Shown: in pieces, positions 55,885 to 64,000 of the stretch
Layout: each line of letters begins with the position of its first letter
How positions within the stretch are numbered: position 1 is the first letter of the stretch
Source of the DNA: Eledone cirrhosa
Lineage: Eukaryota
Assembly: GCA_964016885.1 (NCBI GenBank)
Contig: OZ024741.1
Coordinates: 137,206,001-137,270,000 of the forward strand
Direction: 5' to 3'
DNA length: 64,000 nt
Made by a program: the position numbers and the translations under genes
The notes under the pieces: model-generated
Databases searched by the model: none
Seen by the model: the letters and a program-made list of their open reading frames with translations, nothing else
Told to the model about the DNA's origin: nothing

Positions 55885-56720
55885 CGTATCTCCAAAGAAA
55901 TACAGTTTTAGGAAGCCGTAGCTATGCAAACACAGGGGGCTAACGCCCTCTGGTGATGTCCAGCAGAAGCAAGGGGGACAACCGTCTATGCATTTCAGGC
56001 TTGACTGGCCTCCGTCAGGACGGTCTCTCCCACCGCTTGCGACTGCTGGACTAGAAGACGGGCGCGAATATATACTTTTCTGGTCTGTGTAAATGAGGTG
56101 ATTAATCTCATTTGCATATGAAGCTGCATAAGTTGGCTCAACTTATAATAAAAAAGAAATAGGATTTCGCTTCAAGCATAGCTTTATACAATATGTATAA
56201 ATATTTCGTTTCCAAAGAAATACAGTTTTAGGAAGCCGTAGCTATGCAAACACCGGAGAGCTAACGCCCTCTGGTGACCGTCCAGCAGAAGCAAGGGGGA
56301 CAACCGTCTATGCATTTCAGGCTTGACTGGCCTTCGTCAGGACGGTCCCTACCACCGCTAGAGACTGCTGGACTAGAAGACAGGCGAAATCCTATTTCTT
56401 TTTTATTATAAGTTGAGCCAACTTATGCAGCTTCATATGCAAATGAAATTAATCATTTACACAGACGAGAAAAGTATATATTCTCGCCCGTCTTCTAGTT
56501 CAGCAGTCGCAAGCGGTGGGCGGACCGTCCTGACGAAGGCCAATCTAGCCTGAAATGCATAGACGGTTGTCCCCCTTGCTTCTGCTGGACATCACCAGAG
56601 GGCGTTAGCCCCTCGGTGTTTGCATAGCTACGGCTTCCTAAAACTGTATTTCTTTGGAGATACGAAATATTTATACATATTGTATAAAGCTATGCTTGAA
56701 GCGAAATCCTATTTCTTTTC
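55880..56720. mobile_element. Retrozyme-like array: 1.6 tandem 322-bp units (minus) plus one inverted unit (plus)
   Basis: Hammerheads at 55982-56023 (minus), 56304-56345 (minus), 56525-56566 (plus); no ORF; microsatellite flanks. Confidence 0.85.
56525..56566 (+). ncRNA. Intact minimal type I hammerhead ribozyme
   Basis: CCGUC CUGACGA AGGC-CAAUCUA-GCCU GAAA UGC AUA|GACGG. Confidence 0.88.
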
Positions 56721-58342
56721 TCTCTCTCTCTCTATATATATATTTATAACTAAAAAGGAAACCTTTAGTTCTGCTGGTATAATTATTCTGCTGGCATAAT
56801 TATTTCTAATTTAGGCATAAGATTTGCAATTCTGAGGGAGAGGGATGAAGATTAAATCGACCTCAGTATTTGGCACTTCATGTTGCTCCAGTCAACACAG
56901 CTAGCAAAAACAACTAGAACACTCGTCGTCGAAATCGATGAAGTTCCAAACTTGAGTGTATGTGTGTTTGTGTGGATGATTTTTCATTACCAGACTTTTT
57001 CATTGATCTATCAATTGGAACACTCACGTGTTTGGCTGTGAATGTGTTTGGGTGTATGTGAGTATATTTGGTTGTGTGTAAGTGTGTTTGTGTGTGTGTA
57101 AGTGTGTTCGTATGTATGTAGATATGCTTGGGCGTGTGTTTGGATGTGCTTGAGTTGTGTGACTGTGTTTGGGTGTTAAGGTGTTTGTGTATGAGTGAGT
57201 GTGTTTGTGTGTGGGTATGCTTGGGTGTGTATGAGTGTGTTTAAGTGTCTATTTTCTGTTCATCAATCATTGAAACGACAAAGACAGGGAATATCACGAA
57301 CATAAGAATGAAACCTTCATCCCTTACATCACAGGAAGCATTCACGTGACAAAAGCCACACCGCTGTGAACAGTGAAGTTTCACACACGATAAAAAAATA
57401 AGGAAAAAGCAAAAACAGAAATATTCGTCCTTAATAATTTTTTCCCTTAAATTGCTTCACATTGTGTTTAGAAGTGCAAGGTAAAAATCTTTGAATTTCT
57501 TTGTTTTGAAAAAGAAAGTTTTTTTTTGTATTTCTTAATAAAAGAAAAAAATACATAGCTATTACTGTATTCAACAACCACCAGGAAACCTCTGAATATC
57601 GAAATCCAGTTTTATTGCCAACAAGATCCGCTTATCACAAATTTTAATCTAAATCTCATACTTAGACTATAATGATGAGCCAGGTTGGATGCGGCCATTT
57701 TGTTTGATATTCGTCCAAATTCACAAACTTTCGAAAGAAAATTTTTTATTTTCGTAGTTATTATGTTGAAGACGTATCAGTAAGTTATTCCCAAGTGGAG
57801 CCTATTTTCCAAAATAAATATTTCAAGTCTAAACCATTTCCTTCATTATCTGACTGCTATCGGAGAAAGAAAGAAAAATACTTTTTTACTGATGATTTGT
57901 CAGTAAATGTCTTCTAAACGAAGTCTACAACATCAGGTTTATATTCTAAAATTACTTGGAAAAAGAAAGATGATGGCTACAACCGAATACTCCGATTTTA
58001 GAAAAGTCTTTTAGTCACACGAAATTCAATCCACCTTATGCTAAAACGAATATTCGAATGAGCTGTGAAATCAGATGTTGGTTGAGGGCTCTTAAATAAA
58101 GGAAGCTGTTTCTTCTAGCGAGATAAAATATAAAGTCTATAACGAATGTGTCTAAATTGGTTAGCAAATGAGATTTTAGAAAGTGATATTTTTATTTCTT
58201 TGTTATAGGTATCAGTATTTGGTTAGAAGGGTTAGAGCGTTGAATGAAATGCTTTGTGGTGTTTACGTTCTGTATTCAAATCTCACCGGGTCACCTGAGC
58301 AAGGTTGTATGATGTTGAAAGCCTCGAAACATCCGAACACTC

Positions 58343-58384
<42 letters not shown>

Positions 58385-60402
58385 TCACATCTTTGCACAA
58401 ATAAATACTATTACATGTACTGAGTGCTTTTCCCTCCTCCAAACAGAAAGAATAACAGTATGGTGGAAATGCCCTATTTCCAAGACACGAAAATAGTAAT
58501 AATGTGGAATAAATGAACAGTCAGAGCAGAGTGCCAGGCTAGTTCTACAATGTGTACCAGAGTATTAAGCGACTTAGGCAAACTCTACAATGTGCTCCAC
58601 AGATTCTCAGTTTTGGAACCCACTGTCTCAAATAAAATATATTCGGCTTACAGTTTGATACGCTGACAAATCTAGATTTTTACATCTCTTGCTCTGACGA
58701 TACGAAAAATAAATTCTAAGCCTGCAGTTTCTACTACAGAGTTTATACTCATCCATGCCAAATCATGTGAAACTCTCCTACATGCTGGATATTTCCACAA
58801 CGCTGCTATGTGGCAAAGAAGCTTACTGATCAATTCACTGATCGCAGGAAATGGTTATATATTTAATCAAACAAATTTGTATAAAACAATAATCCTTTAA
58901 GTTTCAGAGACGCGCCGGCTCTGGAGTCTGCCTAGTTTTCCTAAATGGTAGCGCCGGCTCTGAAAACAGCAACTACAGAATGCTAAGAAAAGATTCCAGT
59001 GAAGTGATATGCTGACAGGCTGAAGAATTGGAACAGTAAATAGAATGACTCTATTTCCAAGAAGACATGGGAATGAAAGAATAATCGAATTACAGATGGA
59101 CGAAACGAACAACGTATAAAGTATTATAAGAAGAATGAACTGATATGCTGATATGTTGGGGAATTAGAACAGTTAATAGAATGACTGACTTGGTTTATTT
59201 AATTTTCATATGCATATTCATGGTTACACATGAGATTGTAACTGAGTTTGCTCTTGATACACACACACACACACACACATGTACGCGCGCACGCGCACAT
59301 ACACACGCACACACACACACACACACACGTATATATACATGTATATATGCATGTGATTACTGAACTCCATATGCGCAGCATAGATATTCATGCATAAATA
59401 ACTGCATATATAACTGCATATATAACTCTCAAAACACAATTAACACATGCAACGACATCCACAAGGCACAGACACACGCGCACACAGGCACTCAGACACA
59501 AACACACAGAGGCAAAATCACACACAAACATACATAATTACCTTAATTGAGGTCTAAATTCTAATGAAATAATTGTCTACGTTAGAATTGACTCTCTCTT
59601 AATTAATTAATATATACATACATGTATGCATGCACACATACATGCATGCATACATACATACATACATGTATGCATGCACACATTCATACACGCAAATGTG
59701 TGCACACATGCAGAGATAGATATATAATAGGAGGAGGATATCCCTGGACTATTGAGGAGTTTGCACATCCAGTACCTAAAATATACGTTTAGTTTCATAC
59801 CTATTATTATTAGCGCTAAAAGATATATACCAAGCTATCCGGAGAAAAATATGACTGAAATGGTCACGATATCTGAAACCTTTAAAATATCTGTAAAAAT
59901 CTGTAAAACATCCTTAAAATCCAAAGGATGACCGATGGCGCAAGGGATGATGGAAATTTTCCTTTTCTTTACAACTTTGTTCATTATAACTTTATTACCA
60001 GGAAGGTAGACGGCAAAATATACCCCAAATTAAGAAAAACATTACATACAAAAAAAGGAAAAATTAAAAGGAGAAGGGTTGATCATCAGCTCGGACTAAA
60101 GAAACAATGTTTCCTTTGTTATACTATCTGCCGGTCATAATTCTTGAAAGAATGAGAAAGTTGAGATAAATTATTTCGCTCAAGAACCCATGAAAAGCAG
60201 CACACCATGCCATGCATATATACATAGATATACTCATATTCACATATATGTGCCACGTGTATTTCTCTCCTTTTTCCTGTTTTTATTTCCATTTTGCGTT
60301 TGTCTATCTTACTTCCTATCTCTCCTGCAACTATGAAGGACTAGCGTCTAAGCGTTACGATGTATTTCTAACTTTTTATAAGCGTTATTATTATAGTTTT
60401 TT

Positions 60403-60592
60403 GGGGCGGTGGATGGCAAAATCGGTAGAGCGTCGGACACCCTGCTTTGTAGCGTAGAGTTACGGCCCTTTACATTCTGAGTTTAAATCCCGCCGATGTT
60501 ACCTTTGCCTTTCATCATTACGGGTTGAATTAGTCGACTTTCCCCTTCCCTTCAAATTGCTGGCCTTGTGACAAATGTAGAAACAATTATCA
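60403..60592 (+). mobile_element. SINE family A
   Basis: Head, body and tail motifs. Confidence 0.75.
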
Positions 60593-60639
60593 TTGTTGTT
60601 GGTGACGTTGTACATAAATGAGACGAAAATCTTAAAGGT

Positions 60640-61360
60640 GGCGTACAACATCAGACTGCTATTAAGTAATAGCATGAAGACCTGGGAAACAGCTAACGCC
60701 TTGGGAGGAGTGAAAATCAAGAGAGGTATCTTCCAAGGAGATAGTCTCTCCCCTTTATTATTTGTCCTTACCCTCATACCCTTGTTCCATGTATTGCCAA
60801 GAGTATTTTCAGTAATGATATATGTATGGAATTTGGTGTTAATAAGTGTGTATCCCTAGTGATGAGGAGAGGTAAATTGAAGAGAAGCAAAGGAATCGAG
60901 GTACCAATGGGTGAGATGATAAATGAGATCGACATCGAAGAGGGATATATATATATTTGCGTGTTCTGGAGTCAGATAACATAAAGGACAAACAAAAAAA
61001 AAAAAATGAAAGAGATGATACGATCTGAATACATAAGGAGAGTAAGGAACATACTAAAATCACAGCTGAATAGTAGAAATATCATAAGTGCAGTAAATTC
61101 CCTAGCTGTGTCTATTATTAGGTAGAGTGCAGGAATTCTTAAATGGACTGTAAGCAAGTAAAAGGAACTTGATAGAAAGAGAAGGAAGTTAATGACATCT
61201 ACAGCATGTTTCATAAGAAGGGTGATGTTGATAGAGTGTACATTAAGGTGATCTGAAGGTGGAAGAGGTCTAATTAGAGTGGATGCTTGTGTTCAGATGT
61301 AGAATAGCAGTCTACATAAATGTCCTGAGAGTAACGAGCCAATGCTTAAGGCTGTAGTGA
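60640..61360 (+). mobile_element. Dong/R4-like RT fragment related to family 1
   Basis: GVKIKRGIFQGDSLSPLLFV; 60860-61350 resembles 1790-2290 in reverse. Confidence 0.8.
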
Positions 61361-62154
61361 ATAGTTTCTGATTTAGGCACAAAACCAACAATTTGGAAGG
61401 AGGGGAAAGTCGATTAATCCCCGCATGGATCAAAGGCAAAGCTAACCTCGGCGAGATTTGAACCAACTTCCAATATAACGTTAATAATAATAACGCTAAT
61501 TACTTTCACTGGTTCAATATCAGGAAACTGGTGTTCCCAAAGATTCAAAACGTCGCTCACAAATACGTTGCTTTTATACGATTTACATTTTTTTTATTCC
61601 AATCTAAAACACTATTTCGATACTTTTGTTTAGTGTTCAATTTTGACGATGAAATTTGTTATAGCGACATAAATTTAATAACGAAATCTTAACGACAGTA
61701 TTTATTGATTTACTGCAATATTTATTTACCATAATGACAAAATTATGTGTTGATATTCTTGTTTAATGTCCAACATATATTATAACGAAACAAATTTAAT
61801 AACAATATTCAAAATCTTAACGACAGAATTTACTATAATGACAATTAACGCGTCGGGATATTTTTATTTAATGTTCAGTTTTAAAAAGAAATATTAGCCA
61901 AGTAATCTTAATGACTATGGGGATTTAACTAATACGAAAATGTTAAAAAAAACTTTTCTAATGCAATGCGGCACAGTTTTACACACTTTAATGTAAAAAA
62001 GTAAAGGCAGGTATTTAACAATTATTATATTCTTATATTACAGCAAACAATTGGGCATTTTATTCAAATAATATTTTGGCTAAATACCAGGCATGGACTG
62101 ACCAAGGCCTAACAAAATTCAAATATTTCACTGATCATTTCCTGATTCAATACT

Positions 62155-62460
62155 TAATGGACCGTTTGCCGATTGCCATCGAGACCTTCGGTGTCCTTGG
62201 TTTCTAGGCTGCTGATTTCCTCAACAAAATCGGGAGGAGAGCATCCCGCCCGAGGAAAGAGCCCAATGAGGTTGAGTGGCTGATACAGCAGTTAGCGTTG
62301 GCTGTTCTCAGCGGAAACGCCTTCGCCATCTTGTTCGCGTGGTACCGCTGAAATATACCGTCCCCCCAGGGTTGTAGAGTTGGTCTAGTCCCCATTTCGC
62401 ACCTTCTTCATCTTTTATATCTTTCTTTTTTCTCCTTATTGTAAACTGTATTCTTAAAAA
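62155..62460 (+). mobile_element. CRE-like non-LTR retrotransposon 3' end
   Basis: Translates LPIAIETFGVLG*AADFLNKIGRR..EWLIQQLALAVLSGNA; A-rich end. Confidence 0.6.
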
Positions 62461-63067
62461 AAATAACAATTAGTAAAATGATGCAGTATTGGAATTGTCT
62501 AAAATGTCGAAAATGTTTTTTGTTTGTGTAAAACTTTGCCATTAAATTGACCAAACTTCTGCCACCTTGAATTGTCTAAAGTTGTTCAACAATTTATAAT
62601 CTATTAAATTGTTACATTGTTGAAATTATTTTGCAATAACAAAATGAATTCTACGAGAAACAAGAATATTGACCCTTTTGTTACCATATTTCTAATGAAA
62701 GACACTGCTTTGGATTTTCAAATAATTTTTGTAAACAATCAAGTATTTGGAAAAAAAGTAATTTAAATAAAGTTCTCAATATTTGTCTAGAGTGTGAAGC
62801 ATAACATAACGAAGGTTCTTAAAATTATAAATTATAAATTTCAACACTTTAAAACATATCGTCTTGTATCTTAGAATTAAGGACGCTTTCAGGCAACTTG
62901 CTTTTAAATTCTCCTTCGCCATTACATACATGACTATGAAAGGATGAACAGCTTTACTGGCTTCATTCCTTTACTGGCTTAAGTCATTAGACTGCAGCCA
63001 TGCTGGGGCACCGCCTAGATTTAGTCGATCTTATCGATGCCTGTAATTGTTATTTTATCCATCTCCC

Positions 63068-63290
63068 AGGGCGATGGATTGGCAGTATCGGTAGAGGTGT
63101 CGGACGCCATACTTTGCAGCATAAAGTTACGGCCCTTTATGATCTGATTTCAAATACCGCCGAGGTTAACTTTGCCTTTCATCCTTACGGGGTCCATAAA
63201 ATAAAGTACCAGTCAGGCACTGGCGTCGATTTAATCGATTTCCCCTTCCCCCAAATTGCTGGCCTTGTGCCTATATAAGAAATCATTATT
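63068..63290 (+). mobile_element. SINE family A, full length
   Basis: Head, body and tail CCTTGTGCCTATATAAGAAATCATTATT. Confidence 0.85.
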
Positions 63291-63343
63291 TTATCCATCT
63301 CGTTTTTGTCCAACGGCCATAAACACAGAAAAATACCCTCCCC

Positions 63344-63421
<78 letters not shown>

Positions 63422-64000
63422 AAGGAAAATAATGACTTCACTTGTAGTTGGTTGTCTAGACAATTTAATTGAATAATTTTACAATTTTGCTATGTAGATC
63501 TATCATAGTAAGTTCTTTGTTAACTCGGTAGAAAGTTGTATGCAAATATATGTGTGAAAATATGTATGTATGTATGTGTGTGTGCATGTGTACATGTATG
63601 TGTATGTGTATATATATATATGTATGTATGTGTGTGTGTATGTATTTGTATGGATATATAAGTATATGTGTGTGTGTGTGTGCATTTGTGTGTGTAAATG
63701 TATGAACTAGAATATGTGTATGGGCTGTATGTATGTTTATATGTAGGGAGGTAAATATGTTTGTCAGCTCCCCTCCCAAACTAACAACAACAACATACAC
63801 CCCCCTCAAAAATTCCAACACTAATTAAATTTAATCACCTTATTTTTTTCTTTGGAGTCATTTCCTTTTTATCAAAAGACATGCATCTTACACCTCCTTA
63901 ACTCCACCCTCCACTCCCAGACATACACCCAAATTCCCTTATTACTTACATACTTAATATAGAAAGTTGTTGAATTTTATTTTAATAATAAATTTAAGAT

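Noticed and set aside
58693-58712. CTGACGA-TAC-GAAA (also CTGAGGA-GGTTC-GAAA at 44714)
   Set aside because: No usable stem II, stem I or cleavage context; consistent with chance.

Overview
Repeat-dense, (TA)n/(CA)n-rich animal genomic DNA, most likely an octopod cephalopod (inferred from the tRNA-derived SINE types and repeat landscape, not from a search). The only host-gene sequence found is two minus-strand exons (24898-24761, 138 nt; 23880-23728, 153 nt) of a GABA-A receptor beta/LCCH3-like subunit, so the rest of the window is probably intronic. It holds decayed non-LTR retrotransposons (Dong/R4-like, Tx1/L1, RTE, CRE-like), Penelope-like elements (PLEs; RT + GIY-YIG), SINEs, a mariner relic and MITEs. 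The main unannotated signal is about 15 sequence-unrelated families (roughly 27 copies, some partial or mutated) of type I hammerhead ribozymes (HHRs), folded by eye. Most sit in (TA)n-inserted fold-back elements or non-coding tandem units (322 and 613 bp) that resemble retrozymes. They include U3-A8 core covariants, ~65-105-nt stem II extensions, palindromic stem III, and a 3' tail hairpin shared across families. Most long ORFs in the supplied track are microsatellite translations. No folding program or database search was run, and repeat boundaries are approximate.
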